From Nostoc sp. DedSLP01 (GTDB lineage: Bacteria; Cyanobacteriota; Cyanobacteriia; Cyanobacteriales; Nostocaceae): a DNA stretch of 64,000 bases. Both the position numbers and the translations under genes were made by a program. Position 1 is the stretch's first letter. Every line of letters begins with the position of its first letter. The stretch lies in contig JAVRCJ020000037.1 in NCBI GenBank assembly GCA_034530875.2, positions 1 through 64,000 of the forward strand, written 5' to 3'. Under the pieces are notes generated by a model, which did no database searches, was not told the origin of the DNA, and saw nothing but the letters and a program-made list of their open reading frames with translations. Positions 30,403 through 40,900 of this stretch are shown here, piece by piece.

Positions 30403-30939
30403 ATGGAAAACTTGAAATCACCTGGTTTCACTTGCTGGTTAACTGGATTATCTGGCGCAGGAAAGTCAACTTTAGGAATAGAAATAACCAAAGCATTAGA
30501 GAAATTATCCCTTGCTTGTGAATATTTAGATGGTGATGCCATTCGTACTAATCTTTCTAAAGGGTTAGGTTTTTCTCGTGAAGATAGAAATACGAATGTT
30601 GCTAGAGTTGGCTTTGTTTGTGGGCTTTTAAATAAACATGGCATTAATACCGTTGTCGCTTTAATTTCTCCTTATCGAGATGGCCGCGAACACCTCAAAC
30701 TTCAAATACCCAATTTTATCGAAATTTTTGTTGATACTCCTTTGGAAGTATGTATTGCAAGGGATGTGAAAGGTTTGTATAAAAAAGCTTTAGCTGGAGA
30801 GATTCCTGAATTTACTGGAATTTCTTCTCTATACGAACCGCCTTTAAACCCGGATATAATTCTCAAAACTGACAAAGAAACTGTAAATGAGTGCGTAGAA
30901 AAAGTCTTAAATTATCTTCAGGAACAACGAAAAATATAA
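30403..30939 (+). CDS. cysC: Adenylyl-sulfate kinase
   Basis: WLTGLSGAGKST, LDGDAIR, LGFSREDR, RDVKGLYKKA, FTGIS..YEPP. Confidence 0.95.
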   Translation: MENLKSPGFTCWLTGLSGAGKSTLGIEITKALEKLSLACEYLDGDAIRTNLSKGLGFSREDRNTNVARVGFVCGLLNKHGINTVVALISPYRDGREHLKLQIPNFIEIFVDTPLEVCIARDVKGLYKKALAGEIPEFTGISSLYEPPLNPDIILKTDKETVNECVEKVLNYLQEQRKI

Positions 30940-31032
30940 TTAAAGAAGTCCCAAGTCGGAAGTAGAGTTTTGTCATGGGGATATAGACTTTTACAAGGGT
31001 GATTTTTAGAAAAACTTGCAAGGTATAAGGCA

Positions 31033-32964
31033 ATGGTGCGATTAAAGCTGTGGCAATGGGTTGTGTTAGCAATGCCCATCGCTTTTATTATCATTTTCTT
31101 ACTGGTATCTGCCGGTTTGCAAATTCATGAGTGGGGCATTAATTGGATTTGGGCTGTATTCACTCTTTTATTTGTTGGCTGGCGTTGGCTGTTAGTCAAA
31201 TGGACTCAACCAGCGCTACAACAGGTAGAAGCGGTATTAGCTGAATTTCAGCAAGAATTAAAATCGGTGGTAGTAGATAATGTAGTAGCAGCAGAAAGCA
31301 ACGCTACCAAACAAACAGAAGCCGCCCTGCAAGAGATTCTGCAAGCTGCACAAAGCGATCGCCCGATTTGGGAAGATTGGCCAACTTTTTGGACGCGATG
31401 TCAAGATTTAGTTGTAGCGATCGCTCATATTTACAATCCTCAAGTTCAATATCCGCTGCTGAATATTTACGTTCCCCAAGCTTACGGACTGATTCGGGGA
31501 ACCGTTGATGATGTAGATTTGTGGATGCAAAACTTATCGCCTGTGCTGAATCAGGTAACGGTTGGGCAAGCATATCAAGCCTACGAAGTCTACCGCAAAT
31601 TGGAACCATCTGCCCGGAAATTCTGGAAAGCTTGGAACTGGGCACAGTGGTTATTAAATCCAGCGGCGGCGGTGGCAAAACAAGTTAGTCAGGGTTCGAG
31701 TAACCGCGCAACCGAGCAATTATTGGGCAATTTGAGTCAAATATTGCGGGAAGTTGCCCTGAAGAATTTATGCAAACAAGCGATCGCCCTCTACGGTGGT
31801 AGTACGTTAGAGATTCCAGCATCCCCAACTACACCAGCCCTGCCCAAGGCAAAAACCCAAACACTCAAAGAAATCCTCACTCAAGCCCAACCAGCAGAAG
31901 CAGTCGAACAAAAACCCGTGAATATTCTCCTAGTGGGACGCACGGGTTCGGGAAAAAGCAGCTTGATTAATACGCTATTTCAAGCGGATCTGGCAGACGT
32001 CGATGTTTTGCCGAGTACCGATCGCATTCAAAATTATCAATGGCAGACTGAAACCGGAGAAAGCTTGACGCTTTTGGACACGCCTGGTTACGAACAAGTC
32101 AACCGTACAGATTTACGAAGTTTAGTGCTTGATTATGCTACCAATGCAGATTTATTGTTGTTAGCGACTCCAGCCTTAGATCCTGCCCTCCAGATGGATG
32201 TAGACTTTCTCCAAGAAATGAAAGGAGAGATTGCAGATTTACCAGCGATCGCAGTTGTCACCCAAGTAGATCGCCTGCGGCCGATCCGGGAATGGCAACC
32301 GCCTTACGATTGGGAATGGGGCGATCGTCCCAAGGAAATTGCCATTCGGGAAGCCACTGAATACCGCGCTAAACAGCTGGGTGAGTTTTGCAATTTAGTT
32401 TTACCAGTGGTGACAGCTGACAGCAAAACAAATCGAGTTGCTTGGGGAGTAGAGGCGCTATCGTTGGGATTAGTAAATGCGATCGCTCCTGCAAAACAAC
32501 TGCGTTTCGCCCGGTTTTTGCGTAATCTAGAAGCCCGAACTGTTGCTGCTGCCAAAATCATCGACCAGTACACTTTTCAAATGGCCACAGCCAAGGGATT
32601 AGCATCGCTGCTCAAAAGTCCGGTTCTTCAGTTTATTTCTACCTTATCAACTGGCTCTCCAAACTTGGCTTATTTGTTAGCAGAACAAATTCCTGTGGAA
32701 CAGTTGCCAGTTGTAATCGGCAAACTCCAAATGGCTTACGATTTATTCTTACTTTTGAATACATCCAACGCCAAACCACTCAAATTTGAGTTGCTATCTT
32801 TGTGGCCGTTGCTGTTAGAAAATTCTGCTGCACCAGAACAAAATGCTTGGGCTTTCGGTCACGCATTAGTGGAATATTGGACTCAAAATTTGACGGTGGA
32901 ACAACTTGGCGATCGCTTCAAGAGCTATTTATCTACATTAAATCAAATTCAACCAGAGAATTAA
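31033..32964 (+). CDS. Membrane-anchored GTPase family protein
   Basis: N-terminal transmembrane helices, GRTGSGKSS, DTPG, TQVD. Confidence 0.88.
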   Translation: MVRLKLWQWVVLAMPIAFIIIFLLVSAGLQIHEWGINWIWAVFTLLFVGWRWLLVKWTQPALQQVEAVLAEFQQELKSVVVDNVVAAESNATKQTEAALQEILQAAQSDRPIWEDWPTFWTRCQDLVVAIAHIYNPQVQYPLLNIYVPQAYGLIRGTVDDVDLWMQNLSPVLNQVTVGQAYQAYEVYRKLEPSARKFWKAWNWAQWLLNPAAAVAKQVSQGSSNRATEQLLGNLSQILREVALKNLCKQAIALYGGSTLEIPASPTTPALPKAKTQTLKEILTQAQPAEAVEQKPVNILLVGRTGSGKSSLINTLFQADLADVDVLPSTDRIQNYQWQTETGESLTLLDTPGYEQVNRTDLRSLVLDYATNADLLLLATPALDPALQMDVDFLQEMKGEIADLPAIAVVTQVDRLRPIREWQPPYDWEWGDRPKEIAIREATEYRAKQLGEFCNLVLPVVTADSKTNRVAWGVEALSLGLVNAIAPAKQLRFARFLRNLEARTVAAAKIIDQYTFQMATAKGLASLLKSPVLQFISTLSTGSPNLAYLLAEQIPVEQLPVVIGKLQMAYDLFLLLNTSNAKPLKFELLSLWPLLLENSAAPEQNAWAFGHALVEYWTQNLTVEQLGDRFKSYLSTLNQIQPEN

Positions 32965-32967
32965 ATT

Positions 32968-33318
32968 ATGCAATTGGAAGATTACTTTACCTTTCTGGCT
33001 CCCGACGACATTCGTTTAAAAGGTTCGCGCATTGGTATAGAAACGATTTTATATGAATATATTTATCGCGCTCGTACTGCTGAAGAAATTGCCCAAATCT
33101 ATCCAAGTCTCAGCATAGAACAAGTTTATGCTACTATCCTTTATTACCATCACGAAAAAGAAAAGGTGAGTAAATATATAGCTGATTGGCTAGAGTGGAC
33201 TCACCAAATGGAAGAAGAACAACGGAAAAATCCCCACCCTGGAATTAAGAAATTAATGGAACTGAAAGCTGCCCAAAAAGCCAAGAAACTGAACGATGAC
33301 AATTCAATATCTAATTGA
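32968..33318 (+). CDS. DUF433 family antitoxin
   Basis: IRLKGSRIGIETIL...EEIAQIYPSLSIEQVYATILYY. Confidence 0.88.
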   Translation: MQLEDYFTFLAPDDIRLKGSRIGIETILYEYIYRARTAEEIAQIYPSLSIEQVYATILYYHHEKEKVSKYIADWLEWTHQMEEEQRKNPHPGIKKLMELKAAQKAKKLNDDNSISN

Positions 33319-33658
33319 TGAAAATGTTAATCCTCTTTATGCTCAACAACTCCGGAGACGAGAACTGGATATACTTGTTGAAGTTGTGGGAGAACCAGGA
33401 ACACCACTTAAAGGAACTTTAGATCCAGAAATATTAATTTGGTGTGAAACATATCAAGCTATTCTGGTTACCAATAACCGAAAATCCATGCCTGTTCACT
33501 TAAGAGATCGTCTGGCTCAAAATCCTCATGTTCCAGGAATTTTTATACTTAATGCTAGTTTAGGTATTGGCGAAACAATAGATGAGTTAATTCTGATAGC
33601 CAAAGGCTCTTTTGATAATGAGTATCAGGATCGTATTTCTTTTCTTCCAATTCCGTAA
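33296..33658 (+). CDS. DUF5615 PIN-like toxin
   Basis: YLIDENV...DPEILIWC...ILVTNNRKSM...HVPGIF; overlaps the DUF433 gene. Confidence 0.85.
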   Translation: MTIQYLIDENVNPLYAQQLRRRELDILVEVVGEPGTPLKGTLDPEILIWCETYQAILVTNNRKSMPVHLRDRLAQNPHVPGIFILNASLGIGETIDELILIAKGSFDNEYQDRISFLPIP

Positions 33659-33758
33659 TTAGTGTTTATCAATATTAAATCAAATTAAACCAGAGAATTA
33701 AATTATGCAACTCGAAGATTACTTTACCTTTCTGGCTCTCGACGACATTCGTTTAATT

Positions 33759-34115
33759 TCATTCAAAATTCAAAACTATATCTAACGCAGCACGAATAGT
33801 TTGCCAATATTCATCTTCTAAAATTCCTATTAACCCTAATACCCGACTATTATCAACACTGCGAATTTGTGCAACATCAATATAACGGTCTTGGTCTAAA
33901 CCATTGTTAGTTGTAGCTTTAACATTTACTACATAAGGAGCATTTTTCGTTCCAGGTCGAAATGGCATCACAATAGTTAAAGAACCATATTGATTCATCA
34001 CATCATTTTGAACTATTAGACAAGAACGGGTTTTTTGGGCTTCTGCACCGACTGTAGGATCGAGTTTTATCCAGCGAATTTCCCCACGTCGATAAGCTAA
34101 AATACCGTTTGGCAT
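33759..34115 (-). CDS. mazF: MazF/PemK family toxin
   Basis: RRGEIRWIKLDPTVGAEAQKTRSCLIVQND...QIRSVDNSR. Confidence 0.9.
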   Translation of the reverse strand: MPNGILAYRRGEIRWIKLDPTVGAEAQKTRSCLIVQNDVMNQYGSLTIVMPFRPGTKNAPYVVNVKATTNNGLDQDRYIDVAQIRSVDNSRVLGLIGILEDEYWQTIRAALDIVLNFE

Positions 34116-34354
34116 TATTCAATACCATCTCCAGCAACAGAATCCCAAGCTGCTATCTCTGAGTGATATTCAGTATTATTGGTATCTTCTTTGAGTGCTG
34201 CGATCGTTTCCGCTTCCAAAACAGCACGGCGATGTTTTGCTAAAACAGAGTTTATATAACTGCTGCGGTTGGGGGTGTCTCCAAGTAACGCAGCCTTGAG
34301 GTCGATAAAAGCAAGAATGTCATCATCAATAGTGATAGTAACTTTCTTAGCCAA
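34115..34354 (-). CDS. RHH-type antitoxin paired with MazF
   Basis: KKVTITIDDDILAFID...NRSSYIN...WDSVAGDGI; stop codon overlaps the toxin start. Confidence 0.85.
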   Translation of the reverse strand: MAKKVTITIDDDILAFIDLKAALLGDTPNRSSYINSVLAKHRRAVLEAETIAALKEDTNNTEYHSEIAAWDSVAGDGIE

Positions 34355-34620
34355 GAGTATTTTTCCTTAGTATCACTATAATGTCTTACTGATTTATCAT
34401 ACTATAAAACTAATTTGGATATTAACTCTAAAGTCGTTGACTGTTAATTGTTAACACTGAACTGTCAACGATCGACACTGAACAATAGCAATGGAATATT
34501 TTTTTTACTTGGAAGTCTCTAATCAGCAATACCCGAATAAATTCTGTACCTTAACCTGCTAAAGACCGTAACAATGTAACAATAGCGATCGCAACCAAAC
34601 TCTTGAAATCATCATCACCA

Positions 34621-35670
34621 GTGAACACCTCTAGTAACGTCTCTGCGCAAACTCAAAATCGCAAAGCAGATCACATCCGGATCTGCTTGGAAGAAGATGT
34701 TCAGTGTCATCAAGTCACCAATGGACTAGAACGCTATCGCTTCACCCATTGTTGTTTACCGGAAATAGATTACACCGACATTGATATCAGTACAAATTTT
34801 TTGGGTAAACACCTCGGCGCACCTTTGTTAATTTCTTCCATGACTGGAGGAACCGAACAAGCAGGAACGATTAACCAACGCTTGGCCGAAGTCGCCCAAC
34901 AGTACAAAATTGCAATGGGTGTCGGTTCCCAGCGAGTAGCCGTGGAAAAACCCCAGGTAGCCGATACTTTTGCTGTGCGTAAGTATGCGCCAGATGTTCT
35001 ACTATTTGCCAACTTGGGCGCTGTGCAACTTAACTATAAATATGGCTTAGAACAATGTTTGCGGGTAGTCGATATCTTAGAGGCTGATGCATTGATTTTA
35101 CACATTAACCCCCTACAAGAATGCATTCAACCCAAAGGTGATATTAATTTCAAGGGATTGCTTGACAATATTTCTAAAGTATGTTCAAAAATCCCAGTAC
35201 CAGTAATTGCCAAAGAAGTCGGTAACGGGATTTCAGCCGCGATCGCCAAGAAACTCTTAGATGCTGGAGTCACAGCCATTGATGTGGCTGGTGCGGGTGG
35301 TACTTCATGGGCGATGGTAGAAAGCGAACGAGCTGAAAATGACTTGCAGCGTCGCTTAGGCAGGACATTTGCCGATTGGGGTTTACCGACAGCTGAGTGC
35401 ATTACGAGTATCCGAGCGATCGCCCCAGATGTGCCTTTAATTGCCTCAGGAGGATTGCGTCACGGGCTAGATGCAGCAGTAGCGATCGCTTTAGGAGCAG
35501 ACATAGCTGGTTTCGCAATGCCCTTCCTGAAAGCAGCAGCAGTATCGCAGACCGCAGTTGCCGAACTAGCTGAAGTATTGATTGCCGAAATCACTACCGT
35601 ATTATTTTGTACAGGAAATGCTAACTTATATCAATTAAAGCACTCTGATAGTTTACAACCTATAAAATAA
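34621..35670 (+). CDS. fni: Type 2 isopentenyl-diphosphate isomerase (start uncertain; ORF open from 34603)
   Basis: [44 protein letters not shown]. Confidence 0.95.
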   Translation: MNTSSNVSAQTQNRKADHIRICLEEDVQCHQVTNGLERYRFTHCCLPEIDYTDIDISTNFLGKHLGAPLLISSMTGGTEQAGTINQRLAEVAQQYKIAMGVGSQRVAVEKPQVADTFAVRKYAPDVLLFANLGAVQLNYKYGLEQCLRVVDILEADALILHINPLQECIQPKGDINFKGLLDNISKVCSKIPVPVIAKEVGNGISAAIAKKLLDAGVTAIDVAGAGGTSWAMVESERAENDLQRRLGRTFADWGLPTAECITSIRAIAPDVPLIASGGLRHGLDAAVAIALGADIAGFAMPFLKAAAVSQTAVAELAEVLIAEITTVLFCTGNANLYQLKHSDSLQPIK

Positions 35671-35756
35671 ATTGGTCTTGCAGAACACCGAGATGAATTT
35701 AGGCAGCCAGGGAAACCCCCGCAACACACTGCCTCAAGAGCCTGAACAGATAAATT

Positions 35757-36150
35757 AGACTTCTTGCAGAAGTCGGGAAAAGGGTAAAGGGGAAAGGGGA
35801 AAGGGATAAGAAAAAACCTTTTCCCTTTCCCCCAAGAGTGAAAAAAGAGTTTTGCAAGAGGTCTTTCTTTACAGCGTTTTTCATCTATTTAAACCACAAT
35901 CTTCGGTAGGGGCTTTACAGCTGTTATTGGTGTCAACTTAACGTGAAACCCTGATGAAAACTCTACTCACTTACCATCAAGATCCACGTTACCCCACCCC
36001 GGCTTTGCTGACGCAAAACCGCCCCCCCCCTGGGCATGGGGTGGGGTTGGGGGTGGGTTAAAACGCGTCTGGGACAAGCGTTTGAGCTTAAGTTGACACC
36101 AATGCACAGCTGTAAAGCCCCTACAACGTGGTCTATTTAAGTGAAAATTC
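35757..36150. mobile_element. Cluster of adjacent and nested MITE-like elements
   Basis: AGACTTCTTGCA...TGCAAGAGGTCT (about 35757-35864); ATTGGTGTCAACTTAA...TTAAGTTGACACCAAT (about 35926-36103) inserted in a GTAGGGGCTTTACAGCTGT/ACAGCTGTAAAGCCCCTAC palindrome. Confidence 0.8.
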
Positions 36151-36427
36151 CTTAAACCAAGCGTATTGCCTTGAGGCTGGGAGTGTAAAAAGTTCACCTA
36201 TAGATCGACTCAAGTCTCTTCCTGATGAAAGAGAACTTGGGCATCAACGTTATTTAAAGTGGGCTTAAAGAATTAATCTCGATGCGAGCGAGTAATGGCG
36301 ATCGCATCCCATTTGTAAGAGCAGATTGAGAATCAGGTCTTCAAGCCTGTATGGGAAAAGGTCGCCTAGCCCAATGCTGGGGTTGGCCGGAAATATTGGC
36401 AGAAACTAAAACACAGGGAGATAACTT

Positions 36428-37411
36428 ATGGAATATCGGCAATTAGGTAAATATGGCATTCGTGTCTCAGAAATTTGTTTAGGGTCATGGCTCACCTATG
36501 GCGGCGCAACAGCAGAAGACACCGCCCGTCAATGCATCGAGCAAGCATATAATTTGGGAATTAATTTCTTTGACACCGCAAATGTCTATGCCAACGGAGA
36601 AGCTGAAAAAATTGTCGGTCAAGTGCTGCGGCAGTACCTGCGCGAATCTTATGTTTTGGCAACCAAAGTTTATTTCCCAATGGGTAAGGGGCCGAACGAT
36701 CGCGGGCTATCGCGCAAACATATTCTCGAGCAATGTGATGCTAGTTTAAAACGATTGGGGCTGGACTACATTGACCTCTACCAGGCACATCGTTACGACC
36801 CGACCGTACCCCTGGCTGAAACCCTGATGGCATTCGATTATCTAGTGAAACAAGGGAAAATCCTTTATTACGGAGTTTCTGAGTGGAGTGCCGGACAACT
36901 CGCCCATGCCACCGACTTAACCCGGTTAGCAAATCTCGCACCCATTGCATCCGATCAACCTCGTTACAATCTGCTCGATCGCACCATTGAAAAAGAGGTA
37001 TTACCCCTGTGCCGTCGAGAAGGAATTGGCATCATCAATTACTCACCCTTAGCCCAAGGTCTGCTGACTGGTAAATACAAAGCCGATGGAGCTTTACCAG
37101 AGGGTTCCCGGGCAAGCGACCCCAAACAAAATATGTTTTTGAACAATGGAAAACTAGATCGGCAACAGTTACTAAAAGTACAGCGATTGTTACCCATCGC
37201 CGAGCAAGAAGGTTTGAGCATGACGCAACTGGCGCTTGCTTGGTGCTTACGCAATCCCGAAATTAGTAGCGTCATCATCGGCGCCAGCAAACCCGCACAA
37301 ATACAAGAAAACGTTACAGCATCGGGTAAGCAACTTTCTGCGACAACGATTCAAAGGATTGAAGAAGTTCTGGAAATGGAAATTAGCGATCGCGTTACCG
37401 TTGGCGTCTGA
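36428..37411 (+). CDS. Aldo/keto reductase
   Basis: GINFFDTANVY, LATKV, SLKRLGLDYIDLYQAH, YSPLAQGLLTGKY. Confidence 0.95.
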   Translation: MEYRQLGKYGIRVSEICLGSWLTYGGATAEDTARQCIEQAYNLGINFFDTANVYANGEAEKIVGQVLRQYLRESYVLATKVYFPMGKGPNDRGLSRKHILEQCDASLKRLGLDYIDLYQAHRYDPTVPLAETLMAFDYLVKQGKILYYGVSEWSAGQLAHATDLTRLANLAPIASDQPRYNLLDRTIEKEVLPLCRREGIGIINYSPLAQGLLTGKYKADGALPEGSRASDPKQNMFLNNGKLDRQQLLKVQRLLPIAEQEGLSMTQLALAWCLRNPEISSVIIGASKPAQIQENVTASGKQLSATTIQRIEEVLEMEISDRVTVGV

Positions 37412-37667
37412 GTTGTTTTGAATTTCACGAAATTTATTGATACGAATCACTGTTCTTGCTCCCCCTGGCGTCTAAACAATTGTTTTAGACACGATATGAA
37501 TCGGTATTAAGCGGAGGGACAAATCCGATCGCTAAATCATCCCTGGATTCAGCAATGCCATAGGATTAATTGACTACTTTTTATTATTGCCAGTAGACCG
37601 AAAAATTCGCTCGTCGCTTACTGGCATTATACTCTTAAATACAAGCAAGACAGTAACAATCACCTGT

Positions 37668-37901
37668 CTATAGCAACTGAATTTTTATCCTTAAAGTATC
37701 ATCCCGATCGCGTTGGACTTTTGGAGGTTCGTGTTTTAATAGCAAATCAGCAAAATCGTAAATTGTGACTTTTGGTTGCGGTTCTACTTCCACTCTTGGT
37801 GCAGGTTCTGGGATAATTTGAGGTTCATATAGACCTATTGCATCTCTTAAAAATTGTTCCACCTGTATCACCTCTGTAATAATTTTAGGTATTATTCCCA
37901 T
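37668..37901 (-). CDS. Possible small protein downstream of the WD40 gene
   Basis: 77-aa ATG ORF, co-oriented, 54 bp after the WD40 stop; no recognisable motif. Confidence 0.4.
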   Translation of the reverse strand: MGIIPKIITEVIQVEQFLRDAIGLYEPQIIPEPAPRVEVEPQPKVTIYDFADLLLKHEPPKVQRDRDDTLRIKIQLL

Positions 37902-37955
37902 TTAAACACCGCACTTACCAGAGCAGTGCCAATAAAGTCCCAAGGAGTGAGGAAA

Positions 37956-40900
37956 TTAACAATTTCTGGAATGACGATCCGAAAAACGCTGGATATCATT
38001 GCACAGATAGCGATCGCTCTCACTAATACAAGGGTTAGTGCTGAGATAAGCATGTAGCCATTCACAGCCGCGCACCAAAAGCGCATCTAACTCTGTAGGG
38101 GCATCTAAATGGTTTATTTTCCAAATTCTGACAGTTTTGCCATCACTAGCAGAAGCGATGAACTTACCATCAGGGCTGAAACTTACACTGTTGACACAGT
38201 TATTATGTCCGTGAAAAGTTTGAATATCTTTGCCTGCTAAATTCCAAAGTTTAACTGTCTTGTCATCGCTGGCGGAGGCGATGAATTTACCATCAGGACT
38301 GAAAGTTACGCTGTTAACAGCATCTCTATGTCCCTCAAAAGTTTGCAGTTCTCTGCCATCAATACTCCAGAGTTTGACTGTACCATCGTCGCTAGCAGAA
38401 GCGATCGCTTTTCCATCGGGGCTAAAACTCACGCTTCTCACCCAATTCTGATGTCCTTGAAAAGTACGCAGTTCTAAGCCTTCTAAATTCCATAGTTTAA
38501 CTGTCTTGTCGTCACTGGCAGAAGCAATTGTTTGACCGTCCGGACTAAAAGTGACGCTCCAAATCCAATTGCTATGTCCGGAGAAAGTGCTGATTTCTGT
38601 GCCATCGAGATGCCAAAGTTTTATAGTTTGGTCGTCGCTGGCTGAGGCAATTATCTTACCATTGGGACTGAAACTCACGCTTCTGACTCTTTGGTTATGC
38701 CCTTGCAAAGTTTTCAGCAAGGTGCCATTCAAACTCCAAATTTTGACGGTTTTATCCTCACTCGCTGAAGCTAGAATCTGCCCATTAGGACTGAAAGTCA
38801 CGCTCCTTACCCAGTCAGTATGTCCTTGGCAAGTGCGTATTATTTTACCGCAAGTATCCCATATTTTTACGGTTTTGTCTTCGCTGGCGGAGGCTAGCAT
38901 TTGACCGTTGGATCTGAAACTTACACAGCTGACTCTAGCAGTATGTCCTTGATGGGTGGGCTTTTCTATACCTTCAAGGCTCCAAAGTTTGACTGTACCA
39001 TCATCGCTAGCGGAGGCCAGTAACTGAGTATCCGGACTAAAACTAACACTCCTGCTTCTAGCTCGATGTCCCTTTAAGGTTTTGAGTAAAATTCCATCCA
39101 AGCTCCAGAGTTTGACTTTACTATCATCGCTAGCTGAGGCAATGGTTTGGCCGTCGGCACTAAAACTCACACTTCTAACTCTATCGCTATGTCCGAGTAA
39201 GGTTTGCACTTGTGTGCCGTTGAGGTTCCAGAGTTTAACTGTCTTGTCGTCACTAGCAGAGGCAATTATTTGGCCGTCGGGGCTAAACCTCACACACCTC
39301 ACCCTAGCAGTATGCCCAAGTAAGGTTTGTATTACTGTACCGTTGAGGTTCCAGAGTTTAACTGTACCGTCATCGCTGGCGGAGGCAATTATTTTTCCGT
39401 CAGGGCTGAAACTGACGCTTCTAACTCTGGCATTATGCCCAACTAAGGTTTTTATCTCTGTACCGTCTAATTTCCAGAGTTTGACTGTGCCATCGTCACT
39501 GGCGGAGGCGATGGTTTGACCGTTAGGGCTAAAACTGACGCTGAAAACCCAGTCGCTATGTTCAGTAAAGGTACTTAGCAGTTGTGAGTCGTTAAGTCGC
39601 CAAAGTTTCACTGTTTTGTCGGTACTTGCAGAGGCTAGCATTTGCCCGTCGGGGCTGAAACTGACACTATTAACCCCGAGACTATGACCTTGCAGAGTTT
39701 TAACTAAACTACCGTCGCGCTGCCAAAGTTTAATTGTATTGTCGTCACTTGCAGAAGCGATGGTTTGACCGTCGGGACTGAAACTCACGCTCAAAATTCT
39801 AGCGCTATGCCCTTGCAAGCGATTGCGCTCTTGAATTTCGCAGACTGCTTGCTGTAAATTAGCTACCGTCTTGTGCTTGAGTTTGATATCCACCAGTGCA
39901 GGTATCTCTTGTAATTTTCTACCTGCGCGAACGGCAGCGACTAATGCCCCAAGTTGGTCGTGCGATAATAGCAATGCTTGAGAAAGCGCACTTAAGGCCT
40001 CAATCTCTGCAATCTCTGCCCGCTTGCGTTCTTGTTTTTCTTGAAACTTAGTCAGCTTCAGTTCTTCTAATAGTTCGGGTTCTTGTTGTTGGCGAATAAA
40101 TGCAACTAAATAATCATGAACTAAGTGATAGCGATCGGCAGGTTGTTCGCGGACGCGAAATACAAAACCCGCACCAACTAAAATCTCTAAAACTAAATCT
40201 AATTGCTCGGTTTTTAATTGCAAACCAGCAGTTTCTATTTTCTCGATTAATTCCGCACGAGTTTTCAGCGGGCGCGTGCCGTTTTCATCTGTTAAGAGAA
40301 ATAAAATGAGTTGAGCAATCCTTTTATTTTCAACACCGCAGTCTTGGATAACTTGTTCTAAATAGCGCTCAACTAGTTTGGTTTTGGAATTGGAACCAAG
40401 TTGCTGATATTGTTCTAAGGTCGTTATGTTATCTTCTTCCAGTTGCGAACCCAAAATCTGTAATTCAATGGGACGCACAATACCTAAATCTCCAGCTAAA
40501 TCTTTGACTAAGGCATCAATTAGCTGCGGCTCGAAGTGAAATTGCGATCGCGCTGTTAAACTTTGGATGTTTAATTTAGCATCTTCTGGCGAAAACTCTT
40601 TTAAAGAGTAACGAATATTTTTACTGAGAATATCATTATTAATAATATTTAAACTGGTAAAACGCTCCCATTCCAATAAATAATGTAGATAGTCTTCTCG
40701 CAGTAACAAAATAATTTTGACGCGGGGAAGATTCAAGCAAGTGTGTAAAAATTCATAAAATGGTTTTCTTTGAAATGGCTCGGTGCAAACAAAGAAAAAC
40801 TCTTCAAATTGATCGAAAATTAAAACTGTGAGTAAATTCCGATTTTTATGATTTTGTAATTGGGCGATAATGTCTTCTGCTGTATTGGGAATTGCAGGTA

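Larger units (their letters stand above)
32937..33756 (+). repeat. 83-bp direct repeat pair (32937-33019 and 33674-33756)
   Basis: ATTAAATCAAATT.AACCAGAGAATTAAATTATGCAA...GACGACATTCGTTTAA occurs twice with four mismatches. Confidence 0.92.

Noticed and set aside
38230..39519. Repetitive plus-strand ORFs
   Set aside because: They are antisense shadows of WD40 repeats.
38100..39830. WD40 repeats as diversity-generating retroelement template/variable repeats
   Set aside because: No reverse transcriptase is present, and I saw no near-identical pair differing only at adenines.
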